Shown: positions 20,921 to 35,226, counted from the stretch's first letter. The stretch is 36,251 nucleotides of DNA from Nemertoderma westbladi (GCA_032718475.1 JAUCBJ010006111.1:1-36251); one strand, 5' to 3'. Notes: generated from the sequence alone by a model not told the origin. Translations and numbers: made by a program.

Positions 20921-22593
20921 ATTACTGGTGGGTGGGAAGGGTGGGGGGGGGGGGTGCAGATTAAAAGGGGTGAACACGTACTGTCCCCCTTTCTTTGATT
21001 GATTGGTGGTGTGGGTAAATTTCTCAAAACCTGATTTTGTAATACAGTCGCTCAATTTTAATCTGTATCTGATAACTGAGCCTCGTCCTGCGCGATGGCC
21101 CCACGAACGTGTTTCTGTTCTGTACGGTAAGTGAATCATGTAGAGAAAGAAATGAATCAAGAGATCTGCTGGATACCACCTTTAACCATAGCTCGAAATA
21201 ACTCAAGATTTCAAGCTGTCCAAAATTATCTACTAAAATTCACAACTATAAAATTGGTTTACATTGACTGTATCGCACCAAAATATTATACAAAGGTACA
21301 AATGGAATAAACAGTCGTATGTATAATAGTAAATATCCTTTAATAACTTTATTAATTCTCAAAATATATAATCACCAGTAAAATGTGCGAAAAAGTACAC
21401 CGAAAGAAACACATGATAAATAATTATAAAATATACGAGTACGAACATAAGTAGCTTGCCAACACATTGTTACTAACATAATTAGGTGACTTATTTAATA
21501 TCTGTAATAGTAAATAATACCGTTCCTATTCAATGTATTAGTCTAATAATAATGGCTCACAGATCCTATTTAATGTAATCAATAATGAAATTATATTTCT
21601 AGGACCTCTAACACCTTATGTATGAACTTTAACAAAATGTCCAACACTTTACCCTTAACGTCCATCAACTTTCCAAGGGATGTGAAGTTAAGTGCTGCAT
21701 GCCTGTTGCCTGGTGATCATAGTACCAGGGACTGGGATCGAATCATCAATATCTAATCAAAAATCAAACGAATTACACTGGGTCGAAATCGAATCAAAAG
21801 CTATTTTTTCAGAAATCGAATCGAATCGAAAAATGACGAAATCGAATCGAGAATCGAAAGAAAGCATTCGATTCGATTAAATTTTTTATAATAAACAAAA
21901 TCACAGCCTAGATTGATTGAATAAAGTATTTGCTTTAATAGAAATAGTGTGATTTAAAATACTGGGGTCAGCATCGCCCATTTGGACATTTTTTTCATCA
22001 CTAAATTCGCTACAACTTTATTATATTTTAATCAATATTTATCAAACATTTAAATTTTCTTTACAAACTTTTATTACATCACATTTTGATGTACTTAATA
22101 TTAGATAATTTGATGTTATAAATAAATGACAGGACATGTTAACTATTTATTTTTAAATAATTGTTATTTTGTTGAGCAAAAAGTTTACCGCTTGTCATAG
22201 CTTATTCCCGGTAGTGGTTTAGCAGCCTGGGCCCATAACCTGTTTAATTTTATCCGGCAGAACAAATAGGGAACTATTCGGAATACATACACCAGCAGTT
22301 TATTGTAGGGTTACAGTATATCGTACATAATGCAGAACTTTCAATAGTTATATTTACCGGTTGCCGGTACAGCATATAATAACACAGAAGGTATTGCAGA
22401 CAAAGTACAAAACTATTACAGGATACCCCGACCACTGAATGCTAGTCGCGGTTCAAGAATCTCCCCCGGCAACGGACGCGCTGCATCTATCTGCGCCAAG
22501 GTCCGTCACAGTCCACCAACCTCTACCGATATCGGACGCGGTTCACTGATCCATACAGAGGCCGGACGCGTTTCACCGACCCTTATAGAGCAA

Positions 22594-22794
22594 GTGAAAG
22601 CAACAACAGATAAAACTCACATTATATGTAATATACTAAACTTAATCAGCAGTACAAATGATACATCAGGATGCAACCAGCAGTGGCAGGTTGACATCAA
22701 CCACAGACGACAATTCCCAGGACAGAGGAACAGCTATTACTGTGGGGCCTATCTTTGTCTATACGCCCTTGCCAAGACTACCGATTCTAGTTAG
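22594..22794 (+). pseudogene. Fragment resembling the catalytic-cysteine region of a Ulp1/SENP (peptidase C48) protease, probably transposon-borne
   Basis: W...FPGQRNSYYCGAYLCLYA resembles the PxQxNxxDCGxF/YxCxYA motif (with D replaced by Y); ends at the tail of the neighbouring element. Confidence 0.5.
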
Positions 22795-23518
22795 TTAGTT
22801 TATTATTGACCAATAAATCGGTCCAAGTGGGACGGAATACATATATATATCTGAATACACTCAAGCACTTATTATAATAACCAGTAAAATACGCGGCCGC
22901 GGTACTCACAAATCCTAAATTAAAAGTTACTTAAGTATACATAAACCAGCATAGCAATTGCCATATTCAAATAATTTAATATATGCTGATATTACCCAAA
23001 CGTTACGTACAAATAACTTACTAATAAATATTAAATAAATATAAATACATAATAGAGTTAAACCAATTTAATTAATAATTCTAAATCTCTAAAATCTCTA
23101 AAAGTTCGTCTATATATTGCATCGTGGTACACAGGGGGTCACTGGATAGAACAGAGCATGGGGATGAATAATCTAATTGGTATTTATTCATTAGGCCTAC
23201 TGCCTCTACAAATGAACATGTACAAATAACATGTGATTCGGATTGGGGCGAGCCACACTTGCAAAAACTATTACAGTCTACACGATTACAATCAGTACAC
23301 ACTAACAGTGAAAAACTACGCTCATGGCTGGAAAGTACTCTGAAATCGGTAGAAATAATAGATGAATTCCATAATACAGCACCCAGTGATATCCCTCAGA
23401 TATATAATCAGACATTATCCCCCCCATACAATCCCCACAGTGTAGCGAATGTGGATGAAGACAACACACCACTGTCCCTTATTAAGCCCTACTCTATCCT
23501 TTTAATCTATCCTTCTAA
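22788..23518 (-). mobile_element. 3' fragment of a non-LTR retrotransposon (RTEX-like C-terminal CCHC, 3'UTR, (CTAA)n tail)
   Basis: The minus strand reads FRVLSSHE...FCKCGSPQSESHVICTC, then an AT-rich UTR ending aataataaactaactaactag. The right boundary is inferred from where the next element starts. Confidence 0.5.
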
Positions 23519-26490
23519 GCTTTTAATCGTAGGGAAGATTTAGAGACTTGTGATGAAGTTTTACTGGTGGAACTTTTACTTCCTAAAACTAAACCTATTT
23601 TAATCGGTACTTTATATCGGCCCCCTAAACAATCAGATTTTTTGCAAAATTTTGAAAATACAATTTTATGTAATCTTAGGTCAGACTGTGAAATATATTT
23701 CTTAGGTGATTTTAATATCTGTTACCATCACAAAGCATCCCCCATCTGTAAACAGTACCAAAGTATTTTAAATTTGTTTGGTTTAAAACAAATTATTCGA
23801 GATTCTACCAGAATTACCAGTAAAACTTCTACTTTACTAGATCACATCCTTTGTAATAATACCGATATTATTTCTCAATCTGGGGTTTTACCTATAGGTC
23901 TAAGCGATCATTTTATAGTTTTTTGCACAAGAAAGACACCAAAATCTTTTTTCGGGGATCATAAAACAGTAACAGTTAGGTCTATGAAAAATTACAGCAA
24001 GGAACGCTTTTTAAGTTTGTTAGTTAATTCTGACTGGGAACCCTGTTTTAAGGCCGCTGACATTAACCTTGCGTACACTGTTTTTAAAGATATATTTTTA
24101 AAGGCACTTAATACTGTAGCACCAATTAAAGAAATTAGTCTTAAACAACGCACTGAGCCCTGGATGACCTCGTGTATTCTTAGTAATATCAGAGAAAGAG
24201 ATAACTATTTGTATAAATTTAGGAAATACCGTGTTTTAGCTGATTATAATAATTACTGCAAATATAGAAACCTTGTCCAACGGGAAATAAAAAAAGCTAA
24301 ATCTGAATATTTGTACAACAAAATAAGTGAGAATAAAGATAATCCTAAAAGTCTATGGTCTACCCTAAAATCTTTAGGTTATAAAAACCTTAAATCTAAA
24401 TCAAATATTGTTCTGCAAGATAACGGTGAGCTGATTCATGATCATACTCTAGTTAGTAATTTATTTAATAATTATTTTACTAATGTTGCCTCTAATTTAG
24501 TTAAGAAGTTACCGTTATCAAGTAATAAATATAGTATAGGGTCCGAAACTCTAAATAATTTTTATTTAGAAAAGTTACAAAATTCAGAAAAGTTATTTTT
24601 AAAACCCGTTTCTGAGGATTTCGTTTTTAAAAATCTACTTAGCCTATCAGCCTCAAAAAGTACCGGTCTAGATCTAATACCTGCCCGTTTTCTTAAGGAT
24701 GGTGCTGAAGTACTTAAAGTGCCTATTACTTTTATTATTAATTACTCTATCGTAGATAATGTAGTACCAGACGAACTGAAATTAGCTAAGGTTGTTCCTC
24801 TGTATAAAAAGAATAGTAAAGTAGAACCCTGTAATTACAGACCTGTTAGTATCTTAAGTCTTGTATCTAAAATTTTAGAACGTTCTGTTTTTCTACAGCT
24901 GGAGGCACATCTTAGTAGGCTAAATCTGATCTATGAACTTCAGTCCGGTTTTCGTAAATCATATTCTACAGACACCTGCCTTATTAACTTAACTGATACA
25001 ATTAGATGTAATAACGCAAAGGGTTTATATACTGGTATGGTAATGTTGGACCTACAAAAGGCTTTCGATACTGTAGATCACGAAATTCTGCTTGGTAAGT
25101 TAGGCCTGATGGGTGTAGGTTCTATAGACTGGTTCAAGTCCTACCTGTCAGACAGAGGTCAAACTGTAGTCATTAGCAAATCGCTGTCTACTGTACAAGA
25201 GATTACCTGTGGTGTACCGCAAGGTAGTATATTAGGTCCTCTGCTTTTTGTATGCTATGTAAATGATATGATAAGTAGTATAGATCCCGATTTTAAACTC
25301 ATTTTATATGCCGACGACAGTGCTCTTATTTTCTCTCATAAAGATCCTATCCATATTTCCCAAAAGTTAAGTGCAGTTCTAGAATCCTGTAATGAGTGGT
25401 TGGTTGATAATAAGCTATCCATTCACTACGGTAAAACTGAAAGTATTTTGTTTGGTTCCAAAAGAAAGTTAAAGAAGGTAACTAAGTTTGAAGTCACTAG
25501 TAATGGACATAAGATTGAAAATAAAAAGGAAGTTAAATATTTAGGCGCCACATTGGATAACTGCTTATCAGGAGAAAGTACAGTGAAAAATATTTTCTCG
25601 AAAGTTAACAGTAGGCTTAGGTTTCTATACAGAAATAAAAATAGTTTGAACACCGACTCCCGCAAGTTACTTTGCTCTTCTTTAATACAGTGTCACATGG
25701 ACTATGCGTGCTCTTCTTGGTATGAAGGCTTAACCAAACAGCTTAAATGTAAATTACAAGTAGCTCAGAATAAAGTAGTACGATTTATTAAAGACTACAA
25801 ACCTAGGCACCACCTAACTCCAGATGACTTTTCTGAATCTGGACTACTTAACTTAGATAGTAGAGTTAAGCAGCTACGCCTTAACCATGTGCATAAAGTG
25901 TATAATGGTAAATGTCCCAATTACCTAAAACAAAAATAACCATGTGCATAAAGTGTATAATGGTAAATGTCCCAATTACCTAAAACAAAAATTCAACAGA
26001 GTACGCGATACACACTCTTACAGTACCAGAGCTAGTGCTTCAAACTTCTACCTCCCGAATTGTAAATCCTTTGAATCTGATACTTTCTTTTTTAACGGCA
26101 TAAAAAATTGGAACGCTCTGCCAAATGAAATTAAAAACCTAGATAATCAACATTCTTTTAAATCTGCAGTTAAATCTCATCTCCGTGTGCAATGTAAAAA
26201 TAGGTACAATAGTCCTACAGTAAGTTATTAGTTTATTAATTATTTACTATTTATACTGTAATTACGTTTTATAATAAATTGTTCTGTACATTACATCTAT
26301 ATCGTTGAGTCGAGCATTGTCACGCTCTCGGTAAAGTTGTACATGTACATAGTGTAATTACGTTATATATTGGTTTTAGGTTAGCGTAGTGTAATATTGT
26401 ATTTGTAACCAAGTAACATAAAGGACCCCCTTGGAAATAAGCTGCAAAGCTTTAGGGGTAATCCTATATGTTATGTTGGACAATACATTT
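23519..26490 (+). mobile_element. 5'-truncated CR1/L2-group (Crack/Daphne-like) non-LTR retrotransposon: partial AP endonuclease, RT and 3'UTR
   Basis: ORF motifs as in the next feature; the frame is open from about 23519 (AFNRREDLE...); 3'UTR with a ggacccccttggaaataag...ggggtaatcc pairing motif at ~26422-26465. Confidence 0.9.
23567..26231 (+). pseudogene. APE-RT ORF2, N-terminally truncated and frameshifted near the C-terminus by a 55-bp tandem duplication
   Basis: [79 protein letters not shown]; continues in ORF 25944..26231 (HSYSTR...WNALP). Confidence 0.92.
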
Positions 26491-26518
26491 ATACCGGTAC
26501 ATACACGGTATATACCGG

Positions 26519-28598
<2,080 letters not shown>

Positions 28599-28613
28599 CT
28601 GCATGACGCTGCT

Positions 28614-30149
28614 ATGCGACCAAGAAAGGATGGTGCGGCCATAGTAGCAAAGTTTGCAATAGATATTCAACATAAACTAAGAGAACACCTGTGTGACAGC
28701 ACTAAATTTATTATGTCTCCCGTGAACAGCGCCTCTCTGCATCTCAGGTCACGATCATCATCACTTGAATTGGCACACGACATTATTGAGCTCTACAAAT
28801 GCAAATATGAAAACAACTTTACGGAAAACTGCAAAAAAAGGCTAAAACATGACAACACACCACACACTACCGGTGACATTAAAGCAGACTTTGACCACCT
28901 CAGGAATGATATGATAAATACTATATCTGTTTTACAGACAAGACTTTGTAAATCTGAGGCTAACTATGCCAACCTAACTACACGCTTCCAAAATCTAGCG
29001 GACGAATTACAGCACGAGCGGCATGCACGTCTCGTGATCGAACACAAAATGCAGCAATATCAGACCACAGTGAAAGATGTCAGCAACAAATCGACAGTGA
29101 CCACAACTCCCTTCCTAGATGACAACGAACTCAGTAATACTTGGCTATTAATAGACGAATGTTCCCAAACTCCAAACTCATACAATGTGGGGACAGAGAC
29201 ACATAGTAACTCCAACAGCAACCATCCATCAGAAGATGTGACGCACTGCAACCCTACTAACCACCGCCAATCCAAGGACAAGGCCCATTGCAACCCCACC
29301 AATGCTAATGTCCGCTCATCAAAAGAAACAACTGAGCTAGCTGACAGGAATTACTATAGTGTATTATGTGACCTCAATGACAACAACCTGCCTGATAGAC
29401 CCCAACCCCCTCAAAATACTCACAAAGGCCCTCAAAGCGCATCCATAAGAGAAGCTAGTGAGGTGAGCCACACCATCGAGAAAACCAAACACGAGTTGCC
29501 CTCGTCCTCCCCTCACCACTACTGGCACGTTCCACATCATAACACCGGATCTACTCCCTCACAAGAAACCACTAATACTCACTGCAAAAACCCTCAAACA
29601 TCACATCAACTGAGACAAAAGCCACACTACCATCAAAGGCAGTATTTTCATCCAAACACACCTAATCATGTCTACGAGATTCACCCCACAATATCCCAAA
29701 CCGATAAGCACAGACTTTTAGTTCCACCTACTGAACTGAAGGGTCCCTGTAAAAGTCAAACTGCAAGACACTCGCATAAACCCACAAGATCCAACTACAC
29801 TCGCGTAAACAATTCTGATACTCACAAAGGAACCCTTGAGGCTGGTATTAGTCAATCCACTATCTTCATCAATGGAATTAATCGGAAACATTCAGAAGAA
29901 GATGTGGTATCCTACCTGGAGAACAGATATATCACAGTAGATCGTATCACCACAAGACTCGCCAATAACGTAAAAAACATAAAAGCTACTATCAACTCAG
30001 AGCACCTGCATACCACTACTGAAGTTGGATTCTGGTCTCAGGGGATAACCTGCATTGCCTGGAGACAAAGATCGAAAACCTACACATCCTCCAATAGTAC
30101 AAACTACCACAGCACCACCTACCAACGCCAAAACAAGCAGCATTTTTAG
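28614..30149 (+). CDS. Retrotransposon ORF1 (coiled coil, low-complexity H/T/N/P linker, C-terminal RRM-like domain); true start may be lost
   Basis: 511-aa ORF directly upstream of and overlapping ORF2; heptad region FDHLRNDM...LADELQHER; IFINGINRKHSEEDVVSYLE...FWSQGITCIAW resembles the RRM-type ORF1 ends of Proto2/RTEX-like elements. Confidence 0.7.
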   Translation: MRPRKDGAAIVAKFAIDIQHKLREHLCDSTKFIMSPVNSASLHLRSRSSSLELAHDIIELYKCKYENNFTENCKKRLKHDNTPHTTGDIKADFDHLRNDMINTISVLQTRLCKSEANYANLTTRFQNLADELQHERHARLVIEHKMQQYQTTVKDVSNKSTVTTTPFLDDNELSNTWLLIDECSQTPNSYNVGTETHSNSNSNHPSEDVTHCNPTNHRQSKDKAHCNPTNANVRSSKETTELADRNYYSVLCDLNDNNLPDRPQPPQNTHKGPQSASIREASEVSHTIEKTKHELPSSSPHHYWHVPHHNTGSTPSQETTNTHCKNPQTSHQLRQKPHYHQRQYFHPNTPNHVYEIHPTISQTDKHRLLVPPTELKGPCKSQTARHSHKPTRSNYTRVNNSDTHKGTLEAGISQSTIFINGINRKHSEEDVVSYLENRYITVDRITTRLANNVKNIKATINSEHLHTTTEVGFWSQGITCIAWRQRSKTYTSSNSTNYHSTTYQRQNKQHF

Positions 30150-33100
30150 AAGCACCACGGATCCAAACACAACCATCATCTCACATCCTACACTTAGCCT
30201 CGCTACTTTCAACTGTCATGGATTAATCAGCTCGGTTCAATATATAAGGAAAGAGCTTATTAACAACGACATATTAGCTATTCAAGAGCACTGGCTAGAT
30301 GACTTAGAGTGTAAGGTACTATTTGCTAACTATTTTGGAGATGAATTCAACTTCGAATATATACCCAGTATGCGATCTTCAAATGGTAAAGGAGTATCTG
30401 GAGGTATTGCAATCCTTATCAGAAAGGATATTGTGCAAGGGACATACACAACTACCAAATCAGGAAGTGACATAATAGCCATAGACTTCAAACTAGTAGG
30501 TTCTGACAAAGACTTACTGATTATGTGCGCATATGCGCCAGACTCCAGTAAGAGCTCCCACATATACAATGAGTTCCTTGGCCGTACCTCTGACCTTCTG
30601 GAGAGCAATCCGGAGCACATCCCTATTATCCTGAGTGACGTTAATGGGGATATAGGGAGATCACAAACGCAAGGAACTAGATGTTCCCGCATTAAACCAT
30701 CACAAAGGGGCAAACTGCTTCTCAACTTCCTGGAAGATCAATCATTGGTAGCTGCTGATACTTTTGGCACCTTCACAGGCCCGTGCTACACATTCTACGG
30801 GGGCAACGGGAAAAGTTACATTGATCATGTCCTGACTAGTAAGGAAGCATTAGAATACATCATCAGTGGTGAAATAATAGCCAAAAATGAACTCGACGGA
30901 CCCTCAGATCACACTCCTATAATATTTACGATCCAACTTCCAGTTAACACACATCATGAGGCCACAAAGGACACTCAATACTACAACCTAAAATACTATA
31001 ACTGGGCCGTAACTCCCGAAGATAAACGACTGTTGTATCAGACCGCGATTGACTCTGAGATATCAGACCTACTCTCCTCTTCGCAAGAATGGCATGAATG
31101 GAATTACTCACAACTGAACGACTTCAACGACAGAGTCATAATGATTCTCAGCTCTAATGCGGACAAGTACTTAGTTAGGAAACAGGGACGTGAGCATGGA
31201 AGGCAGCCTAAGAACTACAGAATCCGTAACAAATACCTAGATGAAAGAGCACATACAACAAAATCACTCTACCGAATATGGTGCCAACGAGGCAAACAAG
31301 ACGAGGATGAATATGCAACCCACTTCAAACAATCAAAGAAAGCAACAAGACGGTTACATAATTGGCTAATTAAGCTACAGGTCTCAGATAACATAAGGAA
31401 AACTATCTACCAGCAACAGCACAACCCAAAGAGATTTTGGAGCTCTCTAATGGGTTCTAAGAGTAAAGCAGCTGATACTCCACTTAGACCTGCCCTGCAT
31501 TCCCACTTTAAGAACAAATTTCAACATACTACCAACGCCACCGACAAACAAACCTTGCAGACGAAATTGGATAATCTCTGCAATGACAAACATGTGCCCA
31601 CAATATCCAATGTCACTGTGATCAATGCAATAAAACTCTTGAAAATAGGTAAATCACCAGACAGCAGGAGTCTAACAGTAGAGCACATTATCAATGCCAA
31701 CACCTGTCAACTCACTACAGCCATTACCAGTATTTTAAACAGTTCACTCAAACTTGGAAAGGTGCCGAACCAATTTGGAGAGACACTGCTGACTAGTATT
31801 TACAAAGGGAAGGGAAAGTCCACTTCTAAACCTGAATCTTACCGTCCCATATCTTCAATATCTGTTCTCTCCAAAATTATGGAGGCCATCCTCTTACAAA
31901 ACTTCCTACACGATCTGGATCCCTGTGAAACCCAGTGGGCATATCAGAAAAAAATTGGTACAGACATTATCATTGCCAATATCCTGGAGACTATCGAATT
32001 GTACAGGAGTCAAGGGAATCCCACCTACATATGCCAAATGGATATTAAATCCGCATTCGACACCGTTGACCATTACCTATTGTTCAATGATCTTTGCGAA
32101 TCAGTTAATCCATACGTGTGTAGACTTCTCCTCGATTACTATGGACGGAGCATTATCTACCTAAACTTCGGCTCTAGAGTGGACAGAGAGAGCATATGCA
32201 TGGGGAACGGGGTGAAACAGGGTTCCCTGATATCTCCTCTTCTCTTTAACTTCTTTACAAAGAACGCATTCTCCATTATGAATACCATTGGAATGGGGCA
32301 CAAAGTCCATACCACAAATATGGGGTGCTCTTCTTTTGCTGACGACATACTACTGATGGGAGGATCCGCAGCTTCCATACAACACTTGGCTAATGTCATA
32401 TGCAACGAGCTAAAGAAAATCAATCTCTCAATTGACCCCAAAAAGATATTCTGGATTGCATGCCATGAACATAAATCCAAAAATATACCAAACTTTCTCC
32501 ACATTAACAATGTCATATACAGCCAATCTAAACCTCACCATCTCGGAGTCACCATCAACAAGGAGCCATCCCACCTCTCAGACATCATTCAAACAATCAA
32601 CAAATATTCAGGTATCTTTCATAGTAAAGGCTGGACAACGCACCATTTCCCGTTGGAAATAGTCGCACTTCTCTGGAAAACTCTGGCTCTTCCGGCAATC
32701 ATATATCGGATCGTGTATTCGATTGGAAGCTTTAGTGAAACTAAACTGGATCGCATCGAAACGGCGTATAGAGTCAGCCTTAGGAGTATTCTACACGTGG
32801 GATGCTACATCAGCAACGACACGCTTTATTATGCTATGGGTCTGAGGCCCTTAATTTTAGATGCATACAGGGAATGTACCAGCAAGCTGTACTCGCATGC
32901 TCCCTAAAAATAGCATTACTCAGGAATTACATTCATGGGAACAAGTACAGTGGCCTTGGTCACCTTTACGAGTCTGCTAGATCACACTACAGCCTACCGG
33001 AACTACCATCCTTACTGTTTCATCGATACTCTACCAAGAGCATTCTATCTAGACTGGTGCGCTTGACCCCATCCCGTCAAAGTATCCTGGATGCAAACTT

Positions 33101-33221
33101 CCTACACGAGTGCTACGGTACCTGGGGGCGTACATTCAGCCAAAAGCACAATACTATTTTAAACTACTTCTCTATCGAACCCGAACCTTTCGAATCTATC
33201 GAACCTTTCACGGCGAACTGA
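30055..33221 (+). pseudogene. Retrotransposon ORF2: complete AP endonuclease plus reverse transcriptase; one probable frameshift near 32890 into ORF 32802..33221
   Basis: TFNCHGL, IQEHWL, SGGIAIL, YAP, SDVN, SYIDHVL, SDH; KSPD, YRPIS, DIKSAFDTVDH, GVKQGSLISPLLFN, FADD. Confidence 0.9.
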
Positions 33222-33871
33222 CCCAGCCACTACCGCCTACACAGTTCACATTATAATCTGTTGTACACTACAAATATTCGACATGTGTTGTTTTCTTTTC
33301 GTGCCTTGTACATAACTATATTTACTCGATATTTTACACGATTTTATTCAGGTACTCGTTCAACCTTTTACTTGTGAAGTGCAATCTTATCATTTTATAC
33401 GATTAATTAAAAATAATGAATAATGAATGAGGAGTCCAGCATCAAGTTTCAGAAACAATTTGCTACTGGGGGGGCCTAATGTAAATATAACAAAGCATAC
33501 ATAAGCAAGATAAATAGAAATCCAATCGGACTTCTGATGTTAGTCTATAATACAGTAGCGGTGCTCTGCTATAATCTAGTCTGGTACGCCCCCCACCCCC
33601 AGGTCCCTCCCTAATGGAATATTGTACTTACATATTATTTTTGGGCATAATTTGGCAAACAGTAGAATATACAAATAATTATTATTATACATGGAAAAAA
33701 AGTAGAACTTTTTTTACTATACTCGAGGTATACATATAAAGATGGTGCTCAGAAGGTCGACATATATATATATGTCGAGAGAATACAGTATTGAACAAGC
33801 GCGAAATCGCGCAAAGGTACTACTAACGAATGAACTATGGCTTACTACCAATCTTACAACAAAAATTATTT

Positions 33872-33945
33872 CACCGGAACGTGGGGTTGAAATTCGTACC
33901 TAGAGATTCAAAGTCCCACGCTCTGCCAACTGAGCCACTGGGGTC
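33872..33945 (-). pseudogene. tRNA-derived relic (tRNA-Lys-like body; pseudogene or SINE head)
   Basis: Minus strand gaccccagtggctcagttggcagagcgtgggactttgaatctctaggtacgaatttcaaccccacgttccggtg: A-box tggctcagttgg, anticodon arm ggga-ctttgaa-tctc, degenerate B-box/T arm, poor acceptor stem. Confidence 0.65.
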
Positions 33946-34341
33946 GCATCAATCCCTAATACCAAAAGCTAACGAGAAATTAACAACAACACCAACACCA
34001 ACAACAACAACGGAGTGAATAATAGAAATCTCGCTACGCAGGAATTATTCGTAAAATAATGTTATATGTTTTTTCCCCATGTAATGCGTAATTTTACTCT
34101 TATTTATTGGTACTTTTTGTTTCTTAATTCTTTAATAAAAGAGCGAAATAGTGTTAAAAAAATTAATTGAACTGCAGTATTTTCCCATTGCTTTCGTAGT
34201 TACTAATCAAATTACTGTAGGCCTACTCTTTAACTCCTGATTGGGCGATTCTGCCTTACTCAAATGTTAAATAATATACTGTATTCTAAATAAACCAATA
34301 TTGGATATTGAGTAATGTTTTGGTGTTCGTCGTGTACACAC

Positions 34342-34391
34342 TAGGGTTCGACCGGAGCTCCGGCTCCGGCTCCGGCTCCGGTCGAACCCTA
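34342..34391. mobile_element. 50-bp hAT-type miniature inverted-repeat element
   Basis: Perfect 17-bp TIRs tagggttcgaccggagc / gctccggtcgaacccta; 8-bp direct repeat gtacacac at 34334-34341 and 34392-34399; the interior is (ggctcc)n. Confidence 0.88.
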
Positions 34392-34669
34392 GTACACACT
34401 ACAGTTGCAATTACTTGCAAACCTTTTCTACTTCGATGCTCTTTCAATACATGGACTAAAATGTAAGAAATTCCACCAAAAATAATTCGCTTGGAAAAAA
34501 GTAAAATGAACGCAATCTATGGGTTACTACTGTATTTTTTCCTAGGCTACGATTTTGGGGTTTATTTGAGCGAAAAAGTAACAATTTAAGAATAAAATTT
34601 ATAATGTATATTTAATGACAAATAATGTGAAGAATACCAGTTCTATCTGCCGTTATATTACACTTGTAC

Positions 34670-35226
34670 TGTGAAGAATACCAGGATTTCACCAAAAACA
34701 CAGGTTACAGAAGGGCTGAATCTAACCAAAACAATCAACGAATTAGTATATGTACAGGTTATAAGACAGAAATAAGCGTTATAAAACACTTAATAAAGAT
34801 AAATAAAAAAAAATAATAAATCTTCATATATAAAATTCCAATAAAACGTCGACCGAAAAGTGATATCCTGGTATTCTTCACATGGGCATGAATTTAACCA
34901 AAACAATATACGAATTAGTATATGTACAGGTTATAAGACAGAAATAAGCGCTATAAAACACTTAATAAAGATAAATTAAAAAAAATTAAAAATCTTCATA
35001 TATAAAATTCCAATAAAAGGTCGACCGAAAAGTGAAATCCTGGTATTCTTCACATGGGCGTGAATCTAACCAAAACAATATACGAATTAGTATATGTACA
35101 GGTTATAAGACAGAAATAAGCACTATAAAACACTTAATAAAGATAAATTTAATAAAATTAAAAATCTTCATATATAAAATTCCAAGAAAAAGTCGACCGA
35201 AAAGTGAAGTCCTGGTATTCTTCACA
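34670..35226. mobile_element. TIR element (MITE-like) with its right arm triplicated as a 172-bp tandem repeat
   Basis: Left TIR tgtgaagaataccaggatttcac at 34670-34692; reverse-complement copies at 34860-34882, 35032-35054 (perfect) and 35204-35226, spaced 172 bp apart. Confidence 0.85.

Larger units (their letters stand above)
28599..33429 (+). mobile_element. Two-ORF APE-type non-LTR retrotransposon, Proto2/RTEX-like, probably missing its 5'UTR; short AATG-type tail
   Basis: ORF1 and ORF2 as below; 3'UTR from 33222; ends aaaataatgaataatgaatga. The clade is inferred from motifs only. Confidence 0.82.

Noticed and set aside
22215-22242. ctgggcccataacc matching the initiator tRNA-Met anticodon arm
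   Set aside because: Only 14 nt; no T arm or acceptor stem follows, so it may be chance.
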